NCBI RefSeq assembly: GCF_963921235.1
Contig: NC_086097.1
Coordinates: 118,422,001 to 118,486,000 of the forward strand
Direction: 5' to 3'
Origin: Mobula hypostoma
Taxonomy: Eukaryota
DNA length: 64,000 nt
The position numbers were made by a program, and so were the translations under genes. This document shows positions 23,721 through 36,471 of the stretch, one piece after another; position 1 is the stretch's first letter, and each line of letters begins with the position of its first letter. The notes under the pieces are model-generated. The model searched no databases. It was not told where the DNA came from and saw only the letters and a list, made by a program, of their open reading frames with translations.

Positions 23721-26700
23721 CCTGTGCCTGGACCAGCTGATTTTTTTTCTCTCTGCTGTAATTGAGATTGTGGAAGGCATTGCTTGTGGAGCTTAAAGCC
23801 AGATTTAAAAAGTGAGTGGAGCACGTTGGAATTTTCTGTGGAGCTTGAGATTGTTTGGGCTAAGTAAAAGGGACGCTTTAAGCAGATCAGAAATTCTGTA
23901 AGTGGGCCAGAATTAGAGTGGAGATCTGAGGCTTTGGCTCAAAACGCTTCAGTGTGAAGAGCTGGAGGTTAAGTTGATATTGAACTCAATGTAGAACTGC
24001 CTGAGGGACTCCTGCTTGGATTTTTCCTTGGGCTTTACTCCCGAAGCCTTCCCCATGGGTGGGTACAGCCACAAGGCAGTGGAGGATTGAGATCAGAGTT
24101 TTCCTTCTCCTCGATGAGCTGCCAAACATAACTGATGAACTCCATCTGCCTTTAAGCGAATGGTTTTTCAGGCACCAGTAACCATTTGCCCATTCTCCTG
24201 TCAGTAGAAACAGTTATGCTGGGCTTAGTAGCTAAGTCACATGTGAAGGCCAGGAGCCGAACTTGATTGTTAGAGGCTATTTGGGACACATGCCCTTGGG
24301 AGCTTTAATAGGCAGTGGAAGTTCTTCCTTACTACCTCCCCTGGGTATAATAATATTAAAGAAACAAGAGAATTAAGAATTTATGGATAAGAGCTGCAGG
24401 TAATTTGAAGGAGGCAGGTAGCTGGGTGACTGTCAGGAGAGGGAAAAGGAATAAGCAGGTGGTGCATAGTAACTCTGTCTACTGTTTTTTATAAATACTG
24501 TTGGGAGTACAACCTAGCAGCAGAAAGCTACAGTAATCAGCTCGCTAGCACTGAGTGTGGCTCTGTGACGTGGAAAGGGATGAGGAGAGGAGGTGAGTAG
24601 TAGTAATAGGGGATTCATTTGATAGGAGAACAGACAGGAGGTACTGTGGAAGACAATGAGATTCCTGGATGATATGTTACCTCCCAGGGGCCAGAGTCAG
24701 GGACATCTCTGTATGAGTCCGTAACATTCTTACGGAGGAAAGCAAGGATCCAGAGGTCATGGTCCATGTCAGTATCAATGACTTTGGCTGGAAGGGAAAA
24801 GATGTCCTTCAAAGTAAGTTCAAGGAGTTAGGTGCTAAATTAAAAGACAGAAACTTCACGGTGGTAATCTCAGGATTTCTACCCACACCACATCCTTGTG
24901 AGGCTGGAAATAGGAAGGTAATGCAGTTTACCATATGGCTAAGGAGATGGTATATAAGGGAGGACTTCACATTTTTGGGTTATTGGGCTCTCTTGCAGAG
25001 AAGGTGAGACCTGTACAAATGGGATGGCTTGCACGTGAACTTACAGGAAGGTCTGTTAGTGTTACTCTGGGGGATTTAGAGTTCCAGGGGGTTGGGAACC
25101 AGGGTGCCAGGACAGCTAGTAGAATGATTGATGTTAAGCCTCCACATCAAAGACTGGAACTGAAAGGTTGAACATGAAGGAACTAATGTTCTGAATTCCA
25201 TCTATTTCAATTCAGGAAGTACTTTAAGCAAGGCAGATGAACTATAGAGTATGGATCAGCATGAGAAATTATGATATTGTAGCCATTAGTGAGACTTGGT
25301 GTGGGAGGGGCAGGACTGGCAGCTCAATTGCTCCATAGCTTCAGTCGTGATAGATCGGAAGAGACTATCGGGGATGGAGTGGCATTACCAATCAGGGAAA
25401 ATGTCGCGGCAGTGTTCAGTCAGGAAAGACTGGAGGGCTCTGCTACTGAGGCATATGGGTGAAACTGAACAATAAGAAAGGAATGATCACTCTAATTGGA
25501 TGATAATATAGACATCTTAACAATTAGTGGAATTTAATGAAAGACATTTGTTGAGAGATTGCAGACTATTGCCAGAAAAATAAGGTGATAGCAGGTGATT
25601 TTAACTTTCCTCATATTGACTGGGACTCCCATACTATAAATGGACTGGATGAGATAGAGTTTGTCAAATGTGTTCAGCCAAGTTTTCTTAATTAATATGT
25701 AGAGGTCACAACTAGTGAGGTGCAATAGTGGGTCGCCCATTAGGTCAGGTAACATTTGTACGGGAACATATACAATTCCATTAACTTCAAGATAATTATG
25801 AAGAAAGATAGGACTGGCCCCGGGGTTGAGATTCAAAACTGGAGAAATTATAATTTTGATGACATCAGAAGGCTCTAGCAGGTATGGATTGGGATAAGTT
25901 TTTATTCTGTCAAAGGAATGGTTGGTAGGTGGGAGGCCTTCAAAAGTGAGATATTGAGAATATAGAACTTGTGTGCTGCATTTTAAATAAAAGGCAAGGT
26001 TAACAGGGTTAGGGAACCTTGGCTTTTGAGGGTGATTGAAGCCCTGATTAGGAATAAGAAGGAGGTACACAGCAGGTATAGGCAGCAAAGGACAAATGAG
26101 GCACGTGAGGGCTGTAAGAAATGCAACAGAATAATTAAGAAGGAAGTTGGGAGAACTAAAAGAAGGCATGAGGTTACTTTGGCTGATAAGGTGAAGGAGA
26201 GTCCCAAGGACTTCTACAGATATACTGAGAGTAAAAGGATAGCCAATGTCCAAAATTGGTCTACTGGAAGATCAGCGTGGCCATCAATGCATGGAACCGA
26301 AAGAGATCAGGAAGACCTTAAATGGATATTTTACATTTGTATTTACTTGGGAAGTGTCACAGAGTCTACACCAACTGAGGCAAGACAGTAGTGAGGTCAT
26401 GGAACATATCCAGATTACAGAAGAGGAAACACTTGCTGTCTTGAGGCAAATTAGAATGAATGTACCCAGTGCCTGACAAGGTGTCTCCTCAAACTTTGTG
26501 GGAGGCTAGTGCAGAAATTGGGATTTTGGCAAAGGTACTTAAACGATCCTTAACCATAGGTGCTGGAAGATAGTTGAATATCTAATATTGTTCTGTTGCT
26601 CAAGAAAGGATCTAATAATAACCTGGGAAATATTAGGCTGTGAGTCTGACATCCATAGTAGCTAAATTTTAGGGTGATATTCTAAGAGACAGGATAAATA

Positions 26701-26809
26701 ATTATTTGGATAGATAGACCGTGATTAGGGATAGAGCATGATTAACATGGCTTTGTACTGTATGTGATAGGTCAGATCTAACCAATCTTACAGATTTTTT
26801 TTATATAAG

Positions 26810-28310
26810 ATACCATAAGACAAAGAAACAGAGTTAGTCCATTCAGCCCATCAAGTCTTCTCTGTCATTCAATCATTGCTAATTTATTAGCTCTCTCAAC
26901 CCCAGTCTCCTGCCTTCTCCCTGTAACCTTTGATGCCCTTACTAATCAAGAACTCATCAACCATAACTTTAAATATACCCAATGACTTGGCGTACATAGT
27001 CATCTGTGACAATGCATTCCACAAATTTATCACCCTCTGGCTAAATGAATTGCTCCACACATCTGTTCTACAGAGTGTTACATACCCCGTAACTGGGTTA
27101 CCAAACCAGCAGAAATGGATCACTCAGTTGGAGTCTGGATTACTAGAGCTAAGAAAGTTTTATTAAAGAAACAAGCAACACAGTACTCTAATCAAAAGGA
27201 TAATAAATGCAACATTTCAGCAATGATAAACACACATGTACACAGAATTAAGATAACAGAATCAATCAAGCTCTATCGTTGTCTAGGGGTAAATGACCAG
27301 TTTCAAAGTGACGCAAAGTTCAGTTCAATTTAGTTCAGTTCAGTTCGCAGTAATCACTGCCGTGGTGATGGACAGTGGGGGGAAGGAGAGAGAGAGCAAA
27401 ACGAATGAATATTCAAGGCTTCCACACAGACCTTTGCAGTCAGCTTTTGGGCGAGTCCTTTGTGATGTCATCTGAGGTCACCGACCGTGACCCCCTCCGT
27501 TTCCAGATACGATCGTTTCTCTGCGGTGAACCTGGCACCCAGGCAAGGGTGGACACACACCAGGTTCCCGCCGATCGTGCCTTTCCACCCTGTGCGTCTA
27601 TGGCCCAGTACTTCCCACCGACTTGTGAGAGACGCACCGCTTCCAGGGTCTTGTTACCTCGGGTATCGTGTGTGTCCTGCCTTAGCGAACCTGTCCGTTT
27701 TAATCCGCCTGCTGGGATATCGCCTGTCCATCACTTCAAACAGTTCAGGGTTCAAAGGGGGAGCCGATCTTGACAGCTCTCCTTCCCCTTCATTAACATC
27801 TCCAAATGCAGCTCCATTGTTTTCCTTATCTCTCTCTCTCCTGAAGACAGGTGGCAGACCAACTGCTGATTCCACTGGTGCCAGCACAGGACAGCTACAT
27901 CTTAATCTATGTGTATTCTTGTCACAAGAGACATCCTTTTGTTTTAGACTGTGTTCTCTGCTCCTAGACTCTCCGACTATTAAAATCATCCTTTCCATGT
28001 TGACTCTGTCACGGTCTTTCAATATTTAGCAAATTTCAAATAGATTCCTCCTCAACATTCTAAATTCCATTGAGTACAGGCCCAGAGCCAATCAAACACT
28101 CCTAATAACTTCATTCCCAGGGGGCTCATTCTTGTGAAGTTCCTATTGACCCTCTCTTTACTTAGATAAGGTGCCCAAAACTGTTCGCAGTAGTCCACAT
28201 GTGGTCTTTAATGCCTCATAAAGCCTCAGCATTACATAATTGATTTTATATGCTGATCTCTAGTCTTCAAAAATAAATGCTAAAATTGTGTTTAGCTTCA
28301 TTACTGCCAT
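26810..28310 (-). mobile_element. CR1 3' part, interrupted by a solo LTR
   Basis: FSQRVINLWNALSQ..KGIKGYREKAGDW; continues after 27930. Confidence 0.8.
27076..27926 (-). mobile_element. Solo LTR, 851 bp
   Basis: TGTTAC...GTCACA termini, 4-bp TSD agag (27072-27075 and 27927-27930), AATAAA on the minus strand near 27160, CpG-rich. Confidence 0.85.
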
Positions 28311-28504
28311 TATCTACATGGACTTTAGTAAGGCCATTGACAAAGTCCTGCATGGGAGGTTGGTCCTGGAGGTTAGTAAACCTGGTATTTAAGATGAAAT
28401 AGTAAATTGAATTCAATATTTGCTTAGCGGGAAAATCAAAAAGTCAAGGTAGATTGTTGCAACTCTGACTGGGGGCCAATTTGTGTGTCATAGGGATTTC
28501 TGTT

Positions 28505-28900
28505 GTGTCATCTTCTTATCAGCTTGATCCAGACTAGCCATTCTTCTGAATCTCTCATGAACAAGGTGTTTTTGCCCACAGAACTTCTACTCCCAGAATA
28601 ATTTATTTTATTTTCACACCATTCTCTGTAAACTATAGACACTGTTGTGCATGAAAATCCAAGGAGATCAACACTTCCTGATATCCTCAAACAACCCATT
28701 CTGGCACCAACAATCATTCCACAGTCAAAGTCACTTAGATCACATTTCTCCCCTATTCTGATGCTTGGTCTGAACAACAACTGAACCCCTTAATCATGTC
28801 TGCATGCCTTTATGCACTGAATTGCAGTTAAATGATTAGCTTGTTAGATATTTGTATTAGCAAACAGGTGTTCAGGTGTCCTTAATAACGTGGCCACTGA
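28505..28900 (-). mobile_element. Non-autonomous Tc1-like DNA transposon
   Basis: HTH remnant CDLSDFDCGMIVGAR..LLGFSCTTVSIVYREW; cagtggccac terminal motif. Confidence 0.8.
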
Positions 28901-30669
28901 AAGGATATTAATGATCTGATCAGCTTGACGCAGCCATTGAGTCCATGAGTTTTTAAAAGTTTTTGTTTAAATTGCTGCTCTGGTTATCATTAGACCACTA
29001 TAATAGTACATGTCTATTGCCGATGCAACTTTTGTTTCAATTTTTAAGCCAGAAAGAAGGATATAACTTTACAGACATAATGAAGAGTCATCCCAAGTCT
29101 GTTGCCATAACACCCTTCATTTTTCATAAAGCTCCAGGTACACTTCAGCTCATATTCTCCGCATAAAGATATATATTGTGTTGACTGGACTGGTGAGTAC
29201 CTTCAGCTGGTAAAATAATAACTGCATCATGGTCCGGTTGACATCATTATCCTGCTAATTAATGTATCTATTCATACTTCAAGCCAGTTACTGGTGACAG
29301 CTCTGGGCTTCCCTGATTGGGCACCCAATAGCAAGGAATGAAGGCATTTCTGTATTTGCTTGGAATAAATTTCAATGCACTCCTCTCCTTGGCCCCCAAA
29401 ACTAGAAAAGGTTGCTGGGCCTCATCCTGAAAAGACCAGGATATTTTCCATTAGGCTCCTGATTGTGCCTGAGTTTTGAATGTAGTGTTGCTCACTGTTA
29501 GAAATATGGAAAGGGCTCAGAAAGCAATCAGACAACGAAGAGCTTTTGTTTTGGGTCTTCCAGCCCTCAGGGTAGAACTGCCTGCCTTGTACATTCAGCA
29601 GAATTTACACCCAGGAAAGGAGTCATGTAAACTGCAGGATAAATGGTTCTGAACAAGCAAAAATCTCATAGCAGTTAGTGCATTGCTTCACAGCACCAGC
29701 TCCAAGATTGAGGTTTGATTCCCAGCTCTGCCTGAAAAGTGGTGCACATCGGTACCAATGACATAGCAAGGAAAAGTGAGGAGGTCCTGGATAGTGAGTA
29801 TAGAGAGCTTGGTAGGAAGTTGAAAAGCAGGACCTCAAGGGTGGTAATCTCAGGATTGCTACCTGTGCCACGTGCCAGTGAGGGTAAGAATAGGATGCTC
29901 TGGAGGATGAACAAGTGGCTGAGGAACTGGTGTAGAGGGTAGGGTTTCAGATTTCAGGATCATTGGGACCTCTTCTGGGGCAGGTGGGACCTGTACAATG
30001 GAGAGACGGGTTACACTTGATCAACAGGGGGACCAATATCCTTTCAGGGAGGTTTGTTAGTGCTGTTGAGGAGGCTTTAAACTAGATTTGCAGGGGGATG
30101 GGAACCAGAGTGCCAGAGCTGACAGTGTGGCTGGGGTGAAAATAAATGATGTTGAAAGTTTAAGCAAATCCACTGATAGAAAGGTTGTGAGTGGTGGTAA
30201 AAGTCTTCTGAGGTGTATATATTTCAATGCTAGGAGTATTGCGGGAAAGGCAGACGAGTTGAGGGCGTGAATTGACATGTGGAATTATGACGTTATAGCA
30301 ATTAGTGAATCTTGGCTACAGGAGGGGCAGGACTGGCAGCTTAATATTCCAGGGTTCCGATGTTTCAGATGTGACAGAGGCAGAGGAATGAAAGGTGGGG
30401 GAGTAGCATTGCTTGTCAGGGAAAATGTTACAGCAGTGCTCAGGCAGGACAGATTAGAGGGCTTGTCTACTGAGTCCTTATGGGTGGAGCTGAGAAACAG
30501 GAAAGGTATGGCCACAGTAGTGGGATTGTATTATAGACCACCCAATAGTCAGCGAGAATTGGAGGAGCAAATCTGTAGAGAGATAGAAACATAGAAACAT
30601 AGAAACATAGAAAATAGGTGCAGGAGTAGGCCATTTGGCCCTTCGAGCCTGCACCGCCATTTATTATGA

Positions 30670-33600
30670 TCATGGCTGATCATCCAACTCAGAACCCCGC
30701 CCCAGCCTTCCCTCCATACCCCCGACCCCTGTAGCCACAAGGGCCATATCTAACTCCCTCTTAAACATAGCCAATGAACTGGCCTCAACAGTTTCCTGTG
30801 GCAGAGAATTCCACAGATTCACCACTCTCTGTGTGAAGAAGTTTTTCCTAATCTCGGTCCTAAATGGCTTCCCCTCTATCCTCAGACTGTGACCCCTCAT
30901 TCTGGACTTCCCCAACATCGGGAACAATCTTCCTGCATCTAGCCTGTCCAATCCCTTTAGGATCTTATACGTTTCAATCAGATCCCCCCTCAATCTTCTA
31001 AATTCCAACGAGTACAAGCCCAGTTCATCCAGTCTTTCTTCATATGAAAGTCCTGCCATCCCAGGAATCAATCTGGTGAACCTTCTTTGTACTCCCTCTA
31101 TGGCAAGGATGTCTTTCCTCAGATTAGGGGACCAAAACTGCACACAATACTCCAGGTGTGGTCTCACCAAGGCCTTGTACAACTGCAGTAGTACCTCCCT
31201 GCTCCTGTACTCGAATCCTCTCGCTATAAATGCCAGCATACCATTCGCCTTTTTCACCGCCTGCTGTACCTGCATGCCCACTTTCAATGACTGGTGTATA
31301 ATGACACCCAGGTCTCGTTGCACCTCCCCTTTTCCTAATCGGCCACCATTCAGATAATAATCTGTTTTCCTATTTTTGCCACCAAAGTGGATAACTTCAC
31401 ATTCATCCACATTAAATTGCATCTGCCATGAGTTTGTCCACTCACCCAACCTATCCAAGTCACTCTGCATCCTCTTAGCATCCTCCTCACTGCTAACACT
31501 GCCACCCAGCTTCGTGTTATCCGCAAACTTGGAGATGCTGCATTTAATTCCCTCATCCAAGTCATTAAAATATATTGTAAACAACTGGGGTCCCAGCACT
31601 GAGCCTTGCGGTACCCCACTAGTCACCGCCTGCCATTCTGAAAAGGTCCCGTTTATTCCCACTCTTTGCTTCCTGTCTGCTAACCAATTCTCCACCCACA
31701 CCAATACCTTACCCCCAATACCGTGTGCTTTAAGTTTGCACACTAATCTCCTGTGTGGGACCTTGTCAAAAGCCTTTTGAAAATCCAAATATACCACATC
31801 CACTGGTTCTCCCCTATCCACTCTACTAGTTACATCCTCAAAAAATTCTATGAGATTCGTCAGACATGATTTTCCTTTCACAAATCCATGCTGACTTTGT
31901 CCGATCATTTCACCGCTTTCCAAATGTGCTGTTATCACATCCTTGATAACTGACTCCAGCAGTTTCCCCACCACCGACGTTAGGCTAACCGGTCTATAAT
32001 TCCCCGGTTTCTCTCTCCCTCCTTTTTTAAAAAGTGGGGTTACATTAGCCACCCTCCAATCCTCAGGAACTAGTCCAGAATCTAACGAGTTTTGAAAAAT
32101 TATCACTAATGCATCCACTATTTCTTGGGCTACTTCCTTAAGCACTCTAGGATGCAGACCATCTGGCCCTGGGGATTTATCTGCCTTCAATCCCTTCAAT
32201 TTACCTAACACCACTTCCCTACTAACATGTATTTCACTCAGTTCCTCCATCTCACTGGACCCTCTGTCCCTTACTATTTCTGGAAGATTATTTATGTCCT
32301 CCTTCGTGAAGACAGAACCAAAGTAATTATTCAATTGGTCTGCCATGTCCTTGCTCCCCATAATCAATTCACCTGTTTCTGTCTGCAGGAGACCTACATT
32401 TGTCTTTACCAGACTTTTCCTTTTTACATATCTATAAAAGCTTTTACAGTCCGTTTTTATGTTCCCCGCCAGTTTTCTCTCATTATCTTTTTTCCCCTTC
32501 CTAATTAAGCCCTTTAAGCCCTCCTCTGCTGAACTCTGAATTTCTCCCAGTCCTCAGGTGAGCCACTTTCTCTGGCTAATTTGTATGCTACTTCTTTGGA
32601 ATTGATACTATCCCTAATTTCTCTTGTCAGCCACTGGTGCACTACCTTCCTTGATTTATTCTTTTGCCAAACTGGGATGAACAATTGTTGTAGTTCATCC
32701 ATGCAACCTTTAAATGCTTGCCATTGCATATCCACCATCAATCCTTTAAGTGTCATTTGCCAGTCTATCTTAGCTAATTCACGTCTCATACCTTCAAAGT
32801 TACCCCTCTTTAAGTTCAGAACCTTTGTTTCTGAATTAACTATGTCACTCTCTATATTAGTGAAGAATTCCACCATATTATGGTCACTCTTACCCAAGGG
32901 GCCTCTCACGACAAGATCGCTAATTAACCCTTCCTCATTGCTCAAAACCCAGTCCAGAATAGCCTGCTCTCTAGTTGGTTCCTCGACATGTTGGTTCAAA
33001 AAACCATCCTGCATACATTCCAAGAAATCCTCTTCCTCAGCACCTTTACCAATTTGGTTCACCCAGTCTACATGTAGATTGAAGTCACCCATTATAACTG
33101 CTGTTCTTTTATTGCACACATTTCTAATTTCCTGTTTAATACCATCTCCGACCTCACTACTACTGTTAGGTGGCCTGTACACAACTCCCACCAGCGTCTT
33201 CTGCCCCTTAGTGTTACGCAGCTCTATCCATATCGATTCCACATCTTCCCGGCTTATGTCCTTCCTTTCTATTGCGTTAATCTCTTCTTTAACCAGCAAC
33301 GCCACCCCACCTCCCCTTCCTTCATGTCTATCCCTCCTGAATATTGAATATCCCTGAACGTTGATCTCCCATCCCTGGTCACCCTGGAGCCATGTCTCTG
33401 TGATCCCAACTATATCATAATCATTAATAACAATCTGCACTTTCAATTCATCCACCTTATTACGAATGCTCCTTGCGTTGACACATAAAGCCTTCAGGTG
33501 CTCTTTTACAACTCTCTTAGCCCTTATACAATTATGTTGAAAAGTGGCCCTTTTTAATGCTTGCCCTGGATTTGTCGGCCTGCCACTTTTACTTTTCTCC

Positions 33601-33722
33601 TTTGTACTTTTTGCTTCTACCCTCACTTTACACTCCTCTGTCTCTCTGCACTGGTTCCCATCCCTCTGTTGTGAACTAACCTCCTCACACCTAGCCTCTT
33701 TAATTTGATTCCCACCCCCCAA
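30670..33722 (-). pseudogene. CR1 ORF2 (APE endonuclease and RT), broken by a frameshift near 32514
   Basis: 402-aa APE ORF (NARSIRNK, ITETWL, GDFN, SDHN) and 565-aa RT ORF (YLDFQKAFDKV, GVPQGSVLGP, FADN). Confidence 0.92.
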
Positions 33723-33727
33723 CCATT

Positions 33728-34228
33728 CTAGTTTAAAGTCACCTCAGTAGCCCCCGCTAATCTCCCTGCCAGGATATTGGTCCCCCTAGGATTCAAGTGT
33801 AACCCGTCCTTTTTGTACAGGTCACGCCTGCGCCAAAAGAGGTCCCAATGATCCAAAAACTTGAATCCCTGCCCCCTGCTCCAATCCCTCAGCCACGCAT
33901 TTATCCTCCACCTCATCGCATTCCTACTCTCACTGTCGCGTGGCACAGGCAGTAATCCCGAGATTACTACCTTTGCGGTCCTTTTTCTCAACTCCCTTCC
34001 TAGCTCCCTATATTCTCCTTTCAGGACCTCATCCCTTTTCCTACCTATGTCATTGGTACCTATATGTACCACGACCTCTGGCTCCTCACCCTCCCACTTC
34101 AGGATATCTTGGACACGATCAGAAATATCCCGGACCCTCGCACCAGGGAGGCAAACTACCATCCGGGTCTCCGGACTGTGTCCACAGAATCGCCTATCTG
34201 ACCCCCTTACTATCGAGTCCCCTATCAC
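33728..34228 (-). CDS. CR1 ORF1 SGNH/GDSL-like esterase domain (partial)
   Basis: IGDSIVRG, VVHIGTND and DGLHL blocks. Confidence 0.85.
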   Translation of the reverse strand: MIGDSIVRGSDRRFCGHSPETRMVVCLPGARVRDISDRVQDILKWEGEEPEVVVHIGTNDIGRKRDEVLKGEYRELGRELRKRTAKVVISGLLPVPRDSESRNAMRWRINAWLRDWSRGQGFKFLDHWDLFWRRRDLYKKDGLHLNPRGTNILAGRLAGATEVTLN

Positions 34229-35525
34229 AACTGCCCTCCTCTTCCTTGCCCTACCCTTCTGAGCTACAGGGCCAGACTCTGTGCCGGAGGCACGGCCACT
34301 GTCGCTTCCCCCGGGTAAGCTGTCCCCCCCAACAGATAGCAGGCAACTGCAGGAAACATAAAGTTGTGGTGGTAGGGGATTTTAATTTTCCACATATTGA
34401 TTGGGACTCCTATACTGTTAGGGGTCTAGATGGGTTAGAGTTTGTAAAATTTGTTCAGGAAAGTTTTCTAAATCAATATATACAGGTACCAACTGGAAGG
34501 GATGGAATATTAGATCTCCTATTAGGAAACGAGTTAGGACAAGTGACAGAAGTGTGTGTAGGGGAGCACTTTGGTTCCAGTGATGATAACACCATTAGTT
34601 TCAACTTGATCATGGATAAAGATAGATCTGGTCCTAGGGTTGAGGTTCTAAACTGGAAGAAGGCCAAATTTGAAGAGATGAGAAAGGATCTAAAAAGCCT
34701 GGATTGGGACAGGTTGTTCTCTGGCAAGGATGTGATCAGTAGGTGGGAAGCCTTCAAAGGAGAAATTCTGAGAGTGCAGAGTTTATATGTTCCTGTCAGG
34801 ATTAAAGGCAAAGTAAATAGGAATAAGGAACCTTGGTTCTCAAGGGATATTGCAACTCTGATAAAGAAGAAGAGAGAGTTATATGACATGTATAGGAAAC
34901 AGGGAGTAAATAAGGTGCTTGAGTAGTATAAAAAGTGCAAGAAAATACTTAAGAAAGAAATCAGGAGGGCTAAAAGAGGACATGAGGTTGCCTTGGCAGT
35001 CAAAGTAAAGGATAATCCAAAGAGCTTTTACAGGTATATTAAGAGTAAAAGGATTGTAAGGGATAAAATTGGTCCTCTTGAAGATCAAAGTGGTTGGCTA
35101 TGTGCAGAACCAAAAGAAATGGGGAAGATCTTACATAGGTTTTTTACATCTGTATTTACTAAGGAAACTGGCATGAAGTCTATGGAATTAAGGGAAACAA
35201 GTAGTTAGATCATGGAAACTGTACAGATTGAAAAGGAGGAGGTGCTTGCTATCTTGAGGCAAATTAAAGTGGATAAATCCCCAGGACCTGACAGGGCATT
35301 CCCTTGGACCTTGAAGGAGACTAGTGTTGAAATTTCAGGAGCCCTGGCAGATATATTTAAAATGTCGGTGTCTATGGGTGAGGTGCCGGAGGATTGGAGA
35401 ATGGCTCATACTGTTCCGTTGTTTAAAAAAGGATCGAAAAGTAATCCGGGAAATTATAGGCTGGTAAATTTGATGTCGGTAGTGGGTAAGTTATTGGAGG
35501 AAGTACTAAGAGACAGAATCTATAT

Positions 35526-36471
35526 GACTGTGCAGCCAGATTCAATGAGAACCTGATCATTAAGTTTGCAGATGATACCACAGTGGTGGGGCTCATCAGA
35601 AAAAATAATGAAACAATGTACAGGGAGGAGGTCAAACACCTAAAGAGCTGGTGCAGGGATAACAACTTGATGCTTAATGTCACCAAAACCAAGGAGATGA
35701 TCGTCGATTTCAGACGGTCTCAGCCTGAGCACACACCCCTCAGCATCAGCGGCTCCACAGTGGAGAGAGTGGAAAGCATCAAGTTCCTTGGGGTGCAGAT
35801 CTCAGACAATCTCACCCGGTCCAGGGACACCACTGAGATTGTGAAACGGGCCCAGCAGAGATTGCACTTTCTGAGGAAGCTTAAACAAGGATCACTCCCC
35901 ACTAATATCTTAACTACATTCTACAGAGGCGTGGTTGAGAGTGTGCTGACCTTTTGCATCACAACCTGGTACTCCAGCTGCAGTGCTGTCGACAAAAAAG
36001 CCTTGCAGAGGGTGGTTAGGGGAGCAGAGAAGGTTATTGGGGTCTCCCTACCTTCTGTCCAAGACCTTTTTCAGAGTCGATGCCCCCAGAAGACACGATA
36101 TATCATTAAAGACCCGTCACACCTTCTCCATGAACTGTTTGTTCTTCTGCCATCAGGCAAACGTTACAGGAGCATCAAAACTAAAACCACAAGGCTACTA
36201 AACAGCTCCCTCCCACAGGCAGTTGGACTGCTAAATAGCTGCTCTACCTGACTCTGCGTTGGATGCTTTTAACTTGCACTGGACAGTTATAACTTGATTT
36301 TAACTGACATGTGGCTGTTGCATTTTACTATATATTGTTATGTTTATTATTTAGTGTTGCATTTGTTATGTTATGATTGCACTGCTCCTGAGAAGTGCTG
36401 TCTCGTTCTGCCCTGCAGAGCTGATGTACGGTTAGAATGACAATAAAGTTTTTTGAATCTTGAATCTTGAA
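35526..36471 (+). mobile_element. 5'-truncated Rex1-type LINE nested in CR1-B
   Basis: KFADDTTVVGLI..WCRDNNLMLNVTKTKEMIVDFRR..LLPSGKRYRSI; (ttgaatc)n tail; the host CR1 resumes at atttggatagacag. Confidence 0.92.

Larger units (their letters stand above)
24380..28490 (+). mobile_element. Old CR1 with ORF1 SGNH-esterase and ORF2 APE/RT remnants, interrupted at 26810-28310
   Basis: VHVSINDFGWKGKDVLQSKFKELGAKLK..VVISGFLP; YDIVAISETW; GDFNFPHIDWD; RT resumes at ~28310 with YMDFSKAIDKVLHG. Confidence 0.82.
30587..34333 (-). mobile_element. Young CR1 family A, 5'-truncated inside ORF1
   Basis: ORF1 esterase, APE and RT present; (tttctatg)n tail; TSD agatag at 30581-30586 and 34334-34339. Confidence 0.96.

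Noticed and set aside
32581..33357. 258-aa plus-strand ORF and similar antisense ORFs (762-1043, 31076-31780, 59101-59625, 61425-63270)
   Set aside because: Shadow frames opposite TE coding sequence.
33940..34926. 328-aa plus-strand ORF
   Set aside because: Artefact: antisense CR1-A ORF1 read through the insertion junction into the CR1-B APE.
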